A stretch of 64,000 nt of DNA from Campylobacterales bacterium (GTDB taxonomy: Bacteria > Campylobacterota > Campylobacteria > Campylobacterales > UBA6016): positions 21,048-85,047 of the forward strand of contig JAYSBP010000003.1 in the NCBI GenBank assembly GCA_041915365.1, in the 5' to 3' direction. Shown here piece by piece: positions 48,015 through 56,851 of the stretch. The translations under genes and the position numbers were made by a program. The notes under the pieces were generated by a model that was given only the letters and a program-made list of their open reading frames with translations, ran no database searches and was not told where the DNA came from. How positions within the stretch are numbered: the first letter of the stretch is position 1; each line of letters begins with the position of its first letter.

Positions 48015-48755
48015 ATGATTACTGCGACGATTTTAGCCAAAAACGCCCAAAAACATATAGAAGAGGTATTAACTTCTCTGCATTTTGTAGACGAGGTCAT
48101 ACTGCTAGATAATGGCTCAACAGACGGCACAGCCGAGATAGCCGCACGCTTTTTGAATGTCAAAGTATACAAAGAAAGCGTATTTGAAGGCTTTGGCAAA
48201 GCACATCAAAAAATGGAAGCCCTGTCTAACAACGATTGGATACTCTCCATTGACTCGGACGAAGTAGTGAGCGAGGCTCTCGCAAAAGAGATAATCTCAG
48301 AGCCGCTGGATGAAAACACGGTATATAAAATACGTTTTGACAATTATTACATTGGCAGACACATCAAAGGGTGCGGCTGGTCCCCTGACTATAAATATAG
48401 ACTTTACAACCGCAAAAAAACCGGCTTCGACGACAGAGAAGTACACGAAAATTTAAGGCTTGACGGGCTAAAAATAAAAGAGTTAAAAAACAGCGCAAAA
48501 CATTATTCTTTTGAGTCTGCTGCGGATTTCTTGCGAAAAATACAAAATTACAGCGACCTATATGCCAAAGAATATGCGGGCAAAAAAAGCTCTTCACCTC
48601 TAAAAGCAATTTTGCGCTCAATATTCGCTTTTTTAAAGAGTTTTATCTTGCAAAAAGGGTTTTTGGACGGATACGGCGGCTTTATAGTGAGCTGTTATAA
48701 CGCCCAATGGGTATTTTGGAAATATATAAAACTATACGAGGCAAACAAAAAATAA
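48015..48755 (+). CDS. Glycosyltransferase family 2 (LPS-core WaaE/KdtX-like)
   Basis: ITATILAKNAQKHIEEVLTSLHFVDEVILLDNGSTDGT and SIDSDE (DxD). Confidence 0.8.
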   Translation: MITATILAKNAQKHIEEVLTSLHFVDEVILLDNGSTDGTAEIAARFLNVKVYKESVFEGFGKAHQKMEALSNNDWILSIDSDEVVSEALAKEIISEPLDENTVYKIRFDNYYIGRHIKGCGWSPDYKYRLYNRKKTGFDDREVHENLRLDGLKIKELKNSAKHYSFESAADFLRKIQNYSDLYAKEYAGKKSSSPLKAILRSIFAFLKSFILQKGFLDGYGGFIVSCYNAQWVFWKYIKLYEANKK

Positions 48756-49417
48756 TGCTTTACATCCCAATGTATCATCATGCGTCAGAGCGCAAACGAG
48801 GCAATTCAAAAGAGAATCTAAAGAGACATTTTGAATACTATGCGAAAAATTTTAATTCGGTTTTGCCACTGGAGCGATTAAGCGAGGATAAGCCAAATAT
48901 CTGCATCACATTTGATGACGGATATAGAGATTTTGTTAGTACGGCCCTTCCTCTTTTGAAAGAGTTTGGACTAAAAGCCATAGTCGCAATATCTACAAAC
49001 CTCATAGATAGCGATACGAGCGGAAAATATATGAGTTGGGACGAACTCCACGAAGCCATGAATTATAAAAATCTAGAGATTGCCTCGCAAGGACTTACTC
49101 ACACGATAATGGCCGATGCGGAGCACGCAAAACACGAAGCCAAAGAGTCGAAACAAACCATAGAAGACAAGCTCGCATATACACCCCGCTCATTTTTTTA
49201 TCCATACGGTAAATTTACGGTAGAGGCGCACAAAGAGATAAAAAAAGAGTATGAGTTTGTCTTTCGTATAGGTGGAGCGACGAACGTCGGCTGGGGTCAA
49301 AATATGTTTTATAGATTTTCTGCCGACAACACCGATAATCCAAAGAGTATGTTTACAAAGTTTAAAAAAGTTACCTTACTGGCCAAAATGTATATCAATC
49401 TGCATCGTGGATTATAA
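48755..49417 (+). CDS. Polysaccharide deacetylase-like protein (NodB fold, second copy)
   Basis: IPMYHHAS and ICITFDDGYRDF. The motif-2 position reads QGLTH rather than HxxxH. The ATG at 48755 forms TAATG with the GT2 stop. Confidence 0.65.
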   Translation: MLYIPMYHHASERKRGNSKENLKRHFEYYAKNFNSVLPLERLSEDKPNICITFDDGYRDFVSTALPLLKEFGLKAIVAISTNLIDSDTSGKYMSWDELHEAMNYKNLEIASQGLTHTIMADAEHAKHEAKESKQTIEDKLAYTPRSFFYPYGKFTVEAHKEIKKEYEFVFRIGGATNVGWGQNMFYRFSADNTDNPKSMFTKFKKVTLLAKMYINLHRGL

Positions 49418-49494
49418 AAAAGACAAATATTGAGCAATTCTTTTGTAACATATTCGCTACTATATTTAAAAAAATATTTTTGTGAAGGTCATAA

Positions 49495-51126
49495 ATGTAT
49501 GATAGATACTCTGTCCAAAAGATAGTTTTTGCACTTACGATGCTTGTAAATATACTTGTCACCGTGTTTTTGGACGGCTACTACTACATCAGCAGTAAAG
49601 AAAATTTAACCGTACAGATAGACGACAAACTAAAAACCGTAGCCATGAGCGTAAAGCCAATGATGGATAACTACAACGAAGAGATAAACGGCACAGGCTC
49701 AATCACCCCAGCTAGATACATGGATATATTAAAGACTCTTAGTCAATATACAAGTTCCATAGGGGTTGAATACGTATATTCGGTAGTAGAACAAAACGGA
49801 AAAATATACTTCAGCACGTCATCCGCTACGGAAGAAGAGATAAAAAAAGAGAGTTATAGCAAGTTTTACGAAGAATATAAAGACGCTAGTAGCGGACTCA
49901 AAGAGGCATTCAAAACCAAAAAACCAACATTTGACGAATATGCAGACGAATGGGGTAAACACCGCTCTTACTTTGTACCGTTCAAAACCCAGAGCGGAAA
50001 AGAGTATGTAGTCGGCATAGACATATCGCTAAAAAGCATAAGTGACGCCTTGGGCAAATTGCTCCTAGATGCTTTGATAGTGGGTGCAATCGTCAACATA
50101 ATCACCGTTATCCTTGCCTATCTACTATTTAAGCCATTTGTTATGAGAATAGGCGGCTTCACAGGAAAAATCAAAAACGCAAGCGACAACAAAGATTTGA
50201 CGCAAACATTTGAAGCTAGAGGAGAAAGCGAACTCTCATCAATGACAAGAGCTCTCGGCTCTTTGTTTGGGAGTTTCAAAAGCGCTATCAACGGGGCAAA
50301 AAATACGCTCGTTAGCGCAAAAGAGGTGTCTAAAAAGTTAGACGATAGCTCAGAGAACATAATCACGGCAATAGCCAAAGAGGCAAAGATAGTCGAAGAT
50401 GCCAGCCAAAAAAGCAAAGATATAAAAGATAGCGTTCACGGTGCGGCAAAAGAGCTGGAAGAGTCGGCCAAAAATCTAAAAGAGACCTCAAAAACGGTCA
50501 TGGAGATACACGGCAAACTATCAGACTTTACAAAACTTATCCACGAGTCTGCCGAAACCGAAAGAGAGCTTGCGACAAAGCTATCCGGAATGGCGGGAGA
50601 CGCAGAGGCCGTAAAAGCCGTCGTCTCAGTAATATCAGACATTGCAGACCAGACAAACCTACTTGCGCTAAACGCTGCAATAGAGGCCGCTAGAGCGGGA
50701 GAACATGGCAGAGGATTTGCCGTCGTTGCCGATGAAGTGCGAAAGCTAGCCGAGAGAACTCAAAAAAGCCTTGTAGAAATCAACTCAACCATCATGGTCA
50801 TCTCTCAATCGATAGTGGAAGCAAGTGAACAAATAGACAAAAATGCTGAAGCGATAGAAGGGCTAAGCGGTTTTGCAAATACGCTAGAGGCCACAATGGA
50901 AGACTCGTCAAATAGTATGCGCTCTGTTATTGCCGGAGCGGACAACAACCTTGCAATGTCTTCCCAGACTATAAAAGCTGTGGATTATATCGTTGAAGAG
51001 ATATCGAAAATAGAAGAACTATCAAAAAACAACACCTCTCATGCACAGTCGGTAGCGACGCTCGCAGAAGAGCTACTAAAAGATATGACCGCCCTTGACA
51101 ACAACCTAAGAGAGTTTAAGCTCTAA
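49495..51126 (+). CDS. Methyl-accepting chemotaxis protein with Cache-like periplasmic sensor
   Basis: Two TM segments flank a roughly 170-aa sensor. Highly conserved MCP hairpin [34 protein letters not shown]. Confidence 0.9.
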   Translation: MYDRYSVQKIVFALTMLVNILVTVFLDGYYYISSKENLTVQIDDKLKTVAMSVKPMMDNYNEEINGTGSITPARYMDILKTLSQYTSSIGVEYVYSVVEQNGKIYFSTSSATEEEIKKESYSKFYEEYKDASSGLKEAFKTKKPTFDEYADEWGKHRSYFVPFKTQSGKEYVVGIDISLKSISDALGKLLLDALIVGAIVNIITVILAYLLFKPFVMRIGGFTGKIKNASDNKDLTQTFEARGESELSSMTRALGSLFGSFKSAINGAKNTLVSAKEVSKKLDDSSENIITAIAKEAKIVEDASQKSKDIKDSVHGAAKELEESAKNLKETSKTVMEIHGKLSDFTKLIHESAETERELATKLSGMAGDAEAVKAVVSVISDIADQTNLLALNAAIEAARAGEHGRGFAVVADEVRKLAERTQKSLVEINSTIMVISQSIVEASEQIDKNAEAIEGLSGFANTLEATMEDSSNSMRSVIAGADNNLAMSSQTIKAVDYIVEEISKIEELSKNNTSHAQSVATLAEELLKDMTALDNNLREFKL

Positions 51127-52192
51127 GCTTGGCTCTTATCTCCTCTTTTACCCCGCCAAGGGTGTATTCGAGGAGACATTTGCTCTTCTTGCTCCCGTCG
51201 CATCCGTCACGGCCACATGGAGCACAATCCCAGTCAACTTGAAACATTGTATGCTTGCCCATCTTCTGAATGCCGTTTTTGGACGTATATCCACACTCTT
51301 TGCAGTCATTATCCCACGCCCCCCAGTTGAATACTCCAGATGGACCAAACACCGCTACGCAAGGCGTGTTTTGTGAAGCCGCTATGTGCATTGCCGCCGT
51401 ATCCGCCCCAAAAAATAGTTTTGCTCTTTTGCTAAGGGCTGCAAGCTGTTTTAGCGTAAGTTTGCCCGCAAGGTTTAGTGGGGAGCTCTTACAAAGCGAT
51501 AAAATCTCGTTCACCATCTGAAGCTCTTTCGTATCCGGAGCGGCCGTAATGACGACTTTTACCCCAAGAGCCTCGATATAATCTATAATCTCTGCATTTT
51601 GAGCTGGTGATAAGCACTTGAAAAACCATCTTGAAGCAGGATGCACATGGACAAACTCTTTTATCCCGCCAAGAAGTCCTTCCACCACCTCCTCATCACT
51701 AGGGGCAAAAAACAGCTCAACCTCCTTGTGCGACGGCTCAAGCCCAAAAGCCCTCAATGCGTCCAGATTTGACTCGACTAAATGGCGCATTAGCGTCAGT
51801 CTAAAAGAGTGGGTATAAGGGGAAAATTTCGCAAATATCCCCTTCTTTGCCGCCACGCCTACACGCACTCTTGCTCCGGATATGAGAGCGGCGTATCCGC
51901 CACGCTCCCCCTCTGTCGTATTTATCACGATGTCATAATGTCTTTTTCGTACATTGGCATAAAGTGACAGCTCATACTTTAGCCGACCCAGCACCCCGCC
52001 CGAGCGAGCCTTTTTGCGGTCGTAGACTAGCACTTCGTCAATATATGGGTTGAGCGTCAGCATCTCTTTTGACTCAGCGTTTACTAGATACTCTACTCTA
52101 GCATCTGGGTACACCTCTTTAAGATTTTTGGCAAGCACGGTGGATAGAAGCACATCGCCTATGTGTCGGAATTTCATTACGAGGATTTTCAA
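51116..52192 (-). CDS. Glycosyltransferase family 9 (heptosyltransferase III-like)
   Basis: [25 protein letters not shown] (TTG start), [15 protein letters not shown]-terminal [17 protein letters not shown] cluster. Confidence 0.8.
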   Translation of the reverse strand: MKILVMKFRHIGDVLLSTVLAKNLKEVYPDARVEYLVNAESKEMLTLNPYIDEVLVYDRKKARSGGVLGRLKYELSLYANVRKRHYDIVINTTEGERGGYAALISGARVRVGVAAKKGIFAKFSPYTHSFRLTLMRHLVESNLDALRAFGLEPSHKEVELFFAPSDEEVVEGLLGGIKEFVHVHPASRWFFKCLSPAQNAEIIDYIEALGVKVVITAAPDTKELQMVNEILSLCKSSPLNLAGKLTLKQLAALSKRAKLFFGADTAAMHIAASQNTPCVAVFGPSGVFNWGAWDNDCKECGYTSKNGIQKMGKHTMFQVDWDCAPCGRDGCDGSKKSKCLLEYTLGGVKEEIRAKLRA

Positions 52193-52193
52193 G

Positions 52194-53981
52194 CTATCGC
52201 CTTATACGATTTTTGACTGCAAATACAAATGCCAAAAAGAAAATCCATAGGAGTATCGTCTCCAAAAACCCTAAATAATAGGCTCTCTCGCTCCTATCTT
52301 GAAACCATTTTTTCTCTTCGGACACAAATGGGGCTATCATTTTTGAAAGCGAGTGAGCAACGAGAACGCCATCATTGTTTTTCAACATCGGTATATACTG
52401 CTCACTATATTGGTAATCAAATCTATTGTCATATGCAAAAATCTTCTTCACAGTGCTATTTGGCTCATACACAAAATCTTTACCAAAAGCATTAAATGTT
52501 ACATTATCATCATCAAAAGATGTTTTGGCAATCAACATAAAATCAGCAGATTTGTTTAAATCATTTGTTACACTACAGCGATCAAAATAAATCTTACATG
52601 TATGATTTTTATCACCTTTATCATCGTTGATGTTGGCGTGCAAAAAATACTCAGGCGTTGATTTTGTACTTATGAAATCTTTATTTGGCTCATACACAAA
52701 AAACGCAAAACCAAGTAGTGTTACTAAAAACCAAATAAGAGCCCTAAACCATCGCTCACCAAAACCATTTATCCAATGCTGTAAACTTATTAAACTAATT
52801 TGCGAAAGTTGCTTCCCGTGCGCATCACTAAAACCAATCATTTCACAATACCTTTGAGAGTAATAAAAATCACCAGCGGTCTGATAATCGCCGTGTTGCT
52901 CAAAGTTCACTTTAAGCTGTCTATAAACCTCTCTGACCGTTTTACTGTTTAATATAGCTATGTCATGAACTAGAGATGGTATTTTGTCATCGTCTCCGGT
53001 TGCAACATGATGGTTAACCTTCATATCATTAGATGTCACACTGGAAACTATCTTTTGCATAAAAAACATTACTAGCATAAAAATTAAATTAAATAGTCCA
53101 AAAAACAAAGGCATTAAAAAAATAAAAGCAAAACAAAAAAACAAAAATATAACAACATTATTTACATCAAATATTTTCAGTATTTCGTCATCAAGATAGA
53201 CAAGCAAAACTATGGCAACAAATTTTATAACAAACCATAATGGACTTCCAAACCACATTCTTTTATCTAAGACAGACGGCAGGTTTGGTTTTAGTGGAAA
53301 GCTACAATTATAAAACTTAGTATCTTCTATCATTGAGTTTGCAAAAAAACATTTTGACATACTGCCTTCGTCAATAAATGAAAATTGCACCTTATCAAGC
53401 ACGCAGTCGGTAAACTCTGCTCTCTCCGTAAATCTCATACCTATCAAAAAAGTAGTCCCGTCACCCTCTAACTGATGGCGGTATTTGAATCTACCTATTT
53501 TACCTATCTCTTTACCCCTGAGAACTCCGGTATCTATATCCGCTTTTTCTCTATGAAAAAATGTAGCATCGGCGGATAGCTCTCTAGGTTCAAACAGCAC
53601 ATCATCGACATCTATATGCCGAAACCTAGCGCCTTTTTTGAAAACTGTGTTTGAAAACGATAGTTTGTGGCATTGCACATTATCAAAATTTGGATAGTTC
53701 TCAAAAATTGCTCTATCAAAAGATATGGATAGTTTTCCTTCTGTCGCTACCTTTAGATTCGAATATTTGTCGTACATATTTTTAAGAATTTTGTGCAAAT
53801 TGAAGTCAATTGCTTCAGGAAATTCCACATCGAAAAAATCAAGGTGCAAATATGCGTTTTCCGATGACTGATGCTCAAGAAAATCTCGCAAACTTTCTTC
53901 AAAAAAAGTATTAATTGAGTTTGCGGATGCTAATTTTCCATGAAAAACAGAAAAAGAATAATAAATAAATTTATTTGGCAT
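52194..53981 (-). CDS. Uncharacterised pentapeptide-repeat-containing polytopic membrane protein
   Basis: 595 aa. The N-terminal ~240 aa show 5-residue periodicity (LSFSN TVFKK GARFR HIDVD DVLFE; GMRFT ERAEF TDCVL DKVQF). Four strongly hydrophobic helices follow, plus a ~130-aa loop. No enzyme motif recognised. Confidence 0.5.
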   Translation of the reverse strand: MPNKFIYYSFSVFHGKLASANSINTFFEESLRDFLEHQSSENAYLHLDFFDVEFPEAIDFNLHKILKNMYDKYSNLKVATEGKLSISFDRAIFENYPNFDNVQCHKLSFSNTVFKKGARFRHIDVDDVLFEPRELSADATFFHREKADIDTGVLRGKEIGKIGRFKYRHQLEGDGTTFLIGMRFTERAEFTDCVLDKVQFSFIDEGSMSKCFFANSMIEDTKFYNCSFPLKPNLPSVLDKRMWFGSPLWFVIKFVAIVLLVYLDDEILKIFDVNNVVIFLFFCFAFIFLMPLFFGLFNLIFMLVMFFMQKIVSSVTSNDMKVNHHVATGDDDKIPSLVHDIAILNSKTVREVYRQLKVNFEQHGDYQTAGDFYYSQRYCEMIGFSDAHGKQLSQISLISLQHWINGFGERWFRALIWFLVTLLGFAFFVYEPNKDFISTKSTPEYFLHANINDDKGDKNHTCKIYFDRCSVTNDLNKSADFMLIAKTSFDDDNVTFNAFGKDFVYEPNSTVKKIFAYDNRFDYQYSEQYIPMLKNNDGVLVAHSLSKMIAPFVSEEKKWFQDRSERAYYLGFLETILLWIFFLAFVFAVKNRIRR

Positions 53982-54240
53982 AAATCACGACCAGCGCCCC
54001 AAATATACACAAACCACCAAATAATATTCCTAACAAAATATATGGACATATTACTTTTTGATTTTTGATTTTCAAACTTTCTTCATTGGCTTTCCCAGCT
54101 AAATACTCTCGCATCTTCAAAAGCTTTATATATGACTCTAGGGCATTATCTAAATGTCCATTAATGACATCATCTGAACCTTGCACGACAAATACTTCTC
54201 GCCCATTTTTTTCTCGCTTTTCTATAACTAGCGACTTCAT
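53971..54240 (-). CDS. Small hypothetical protein with C-terminal TM anchor
   Basis: 89 aa. Soluble N-part plus ILLGILFGGLCIFGALVVIY. ATGA overlap with lpxL and an 11-nt overlap with the downstream 595-aa ORF. Confidence 0.4.
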   Translation of the reverse strand: MKSLVIEKREKNGREVFVVQGSDDVINGHLDNALESYIKLLKMREYLAGKANEESLKIKNQKVICPYILLGILFGGLCIFGALVVIYAK

Positions 54241-55130
54241 TTATAAATCCCCTCATACCTGTTTTTCCACCGCTTATGAAACCAAAACCAGACATTCGGA
54301 TTTTTGCGCACTTGCTTCTCTATCGCATCCGACTGAGCCTGAGTGCAAGAGAGTATGTCGCCGTCCACATCGTCGCTAATTGGACAATAAATCGGCTCGT
54401 AAAAAGTGAGTTTGTATTTATCAAAGCCGTTGTATTCGCAAAAAGTCGGGACGATAGCGGCGTCAAACCTACGGGCAAGCACGGAGAGTACCGGCGTTTG
54501 ACGGGCATCTTTGCCAAAGAATTTTACGAGTAGCCCCTCGTCGTCAGCCGTGTTTTGGTCTACTAGTATCCCGACGGTTTTATCATCCTTTAGCGCTTTT
54601 ACCAGCTTTCGCATTGCACCGTGCTTGCTGATGACCTCTGTCCCAAAGCGCTCCCTTGAGGCGGTGATGATTTTGTCCATAGCTTTTGAGTCTAGCTCTC
54701 TGCCAACGGCTACCATCTTGACACCGGTTCGCACCGTCACCGCCTTGGCTAGAGCCTCCCAGTTACCGTAGTGAGCGGTTGCAAATAGTATTTTTTTGCC
54801 GTCCGCTTTTAGCTTCTCTACGATTTGCACGCCGTCATATTCGCACTTGTTTAGTATCTCATCGGCTGAGGCTTCGAGGTTTGTCACCACTCCGACAAGA
54901 TTTTTTAGGAGGTTTTCGTAGGAGCATAGGATAATCTCTTTTTTTCTATCCTCTCCAATCCCCCCATCAAAAGCAAAATCAAGATTTATCTCGGCAATGC
55001 GTCTATGCTTTGCGTCCACGATATACGCTAGATGAGCAAGGGCGCGAACCATTTTTTTTAGGAGAAATTCCGGAGATATTTTCGTCAAAAAAGCAAACAT
55101 CCTAAAAAGCGTTATGTACAAAAACTCCAT
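54237..55130 (-). CDS. lpxL: Lipid A biosynthesis (Kdo)2-lipid IVA late acyltransferase (LpxL/HtrB family)
   Basis: ATAHYGNWE (HX4E/D acyltransferase motif), 297 aa, directly after waaC. The ATG at 55130 forms TGATG with the waaC stop. Confidence 0.85.
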   Translation of the reverse strand: MEFLYITLFRMFAFLTKISPEFLLKKMVRALAHLAYIVDAKHRRIAEINLDFAFDGGIGEDRKKEIILCSYENLLKNLVGVVTNLEASADEILNKCEYDGVQIVEKLKADGKKILFATAHYGNWEALAKAVTVRTGVKMVAVGRELDSKAMDKIITASRERFGTEVISKHGAMRKLVKALKDDKTVGILVDQNTADDEGLLVKFFGKDARQTPVLSVLARRFDAAIVPTFCEYNGFDKYKLTFYEPIYCPISDDVDGDILSCTQAQSDAIEKQVRKNPNVWFWFHKRWKNRYEGIYK

Positions 55131-56059
55131 CACAAAAGCCCCTTTGCGGCTTCAATAATTCTGTTTGGATTTATATCCCCTATCGAGTAGTCGTCATAGT
55201 CGAGGTTTGTGGCGTCCACACCGTCTTTTACTCCTATCATTATATTTTTGTCGGTCGCAAAGGCGTTTCGCTCGTACGGCGTCGCCCCAAATATCGTCAC
55301 GCTAGGCACATTCATAGCCCACGCCATGTGCGTAATGCCGGTATCCCCTCCGATTACAAGACTGCACGAATCCACAAGAGCCTTTATCTCATCAAGCCCC
55401 ATCTCTCCGATATTATCTGCTTCACCACCGAGTATCAACACATTTTGGTCGCCAAAAGCGGCTATAACCTCTCTCGTTTTTTTCATCGGATATATCTTGT
55501 TTGGCTTTGAGGCTGACATATTGATAAGAATATTTTTTTTCTCACTATCAAGAGCTTTTTTTTGCCATTTGTAGCCTAGAAGCTTTGGCTTTTTATACAC
55601 ATCATCCAGCGAAAAACCACCGCCAAATGCGCAGTTTAGAAGGTCTATATACCTCTCCACTATATTTTTTTGGTACGCACTGACGCATTTGTCAGTATAA
55701 AATAGGCTTGCCACCCCTTCTCTAGCACTTTTGTATGAATACCCTACTTTTTTTGTAGAGTGCAAAAAGCTTGTCACAACCCCTGATTTCAAAAGCCCTT
55801 GCAAATCTATGACAATATCAAACTCGCCAAGCCCAGACAGCCTCTTTGCGGCGTTCGTAAGTCCGCCTACACCGAGAGGTTTTAGCCTTAGCGCCACGAC
55901 ATCGTCCACAAAAGGCGAATCCTGAACCACAGCGACAAATCTCTCATCGACTATCCAAGTGATATTCGCATCCGCAAATTTTTGTTTGATTAGTGCCGCA
56001 ACAACAAGGCTAAACACTATGTCGCCGATTGCCGAGAGTCTTACAAGCGCAATTTTCAA
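55130..56059 (-). CDS. waaC: ADP-heptose:LPS heptosyltransferase I-like (GT9)
   Basis: MKIALVRLSAIGDIVFSLVV (TTG start) and VIGGDTGITHMAWAMNVPSVTIFG. waaC-lpxL adjacency as in C. jejuni. Confidence 0.8.
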   Translation of the reverse strand: MKIALVRLSAIGDIVFSLVVAALIKQKFADANITWIVDERFVAVVQDSPFVDDVVALRLKPLGVGGLTNAAKRLSGLGEFDIVIDLQGLLKSGVVTSFLHSTKKVGYSYKSAREGVASLFYTDKCVSAYQKNIVERYIDLLNCAFGGGFSLDDVYKKPKLLGYKWQKKALDSEKKNILINMSASKPNKIYPMKKTREVIAAFGDQNVLILGGEADNIGEMGLDEIKALVDSCSLVIGGDTGITHMAWAMNVPSVTIFGATPYERNAFATDKNIMIGVKDGVDATNLDYDDYSIGDINPNRIIEAAKGLL

Positions 56060-56106
56060 TATATTTCCGATATTTTTTCGTAAATTTTACTGGGTGGCGG
56101 CTAAAA

Positions 56107-56820
56107 ATGAAAATATTTGAGCGTCTAAGCGAGGTAACCGCTTTTTGCACGGATAGGCAAAACGGCAATTTCGCAGACTATGTGGACGACGACACAAACG
56201 AGCTGGAAGAGCGCAGGAATAGCCTTGTAAAAGAGCATAAAATAGTTCTTTTAAAACAAGTGCACGGCGATAAGGTGCTAGAAATCACGAGAGACGACAT
56301 CAAGCCAAACGGGGCTTTTTATTTTGGTGGCGAAGCGGACGGGATGATGACAAATGAAACCGAAATAACACTAGCTATACAGACAGCCGACTGCGCAGGG
56401 GTTCTACTCTATGACAAAGAGCGTCACGCCATAGCGGCTCTGCATGCGGGACGCAAAGGGGCACAGCTAAATATTCTCTCAAAATGTATCGCAAAAATGC
56501 AAGATAGCTACGGCACAAAAGCAAATGAGCTGTTAATGTATGTCGGAGCACACATCAGAGGGTGTTGCTACGAGCTTCCGCAGGAGATGGCAAAAGAGTT
56601 TGAGATATACGAAGATGCCGTGACGAGCAAAAACGGCTCTTACTACTTAGATATTGCAAAAGTCTTACTATCGCAGGCGAAAGCGCTAGGAATAAAAGAT
56701 GAAAATATAGAGATAAGCCCGTCTTGCACGTCATGCGAAAGCGGCAAATACTTCTCATACAGAGCCGATAGCGGCAAATGTGGGAGAATGCTAACGGCGA
56801 TAGGGCTAAACCGTTTTTAG
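56107..56820 (+). CDS. pgeF: Peptidoglycan editing factor / laccase-domain protein (YfiH/PgeF family)
   Basis: LKQVHGDKV, QTADCAGVLLYD, ALHAGRKGA motifs. The ATG at 56107 (MKIFERL) is preferred, because the ORF-track start overlaps waaC. Confidence 0.8.
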   Translation: MKIFERLSEVTAFCTDRQNGNFADYVDDDTNELEERRNSLVKEHKIVLLKQVHGDKVLEITRDDIKPNGAFYFGGEADGMMTNETEITLAIQTADCAGVLLYDKERHAIAALHAGRKGAQLNILSKCIAKMQDSYGTKANELLMYVGAHIRGCCYELPQEMAKEFEIYEDAVTSKNGSYYLDIAKVLLSQAKALGIKDENIEISPSCTSCESGKYFSYRADSGKCGRMLTAIGLNRF

Positions 56821-56851
56821 ATAAAATTTGTCCTAAAAAGGAGGTTGAAAA

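Noticed and set aside
47984-48199. N-terminal 72 codons of the 428-aa GT4 ORF
   Set aside because: This segment overlaps the divergent GT2 gene and reads as antisense-like sequence (S/T/A-rich, no GT-B features). A TTG with an RBS lies at 47983, right where the GT4 N-terminus (KVLEVEASKGLGGQE) begins.
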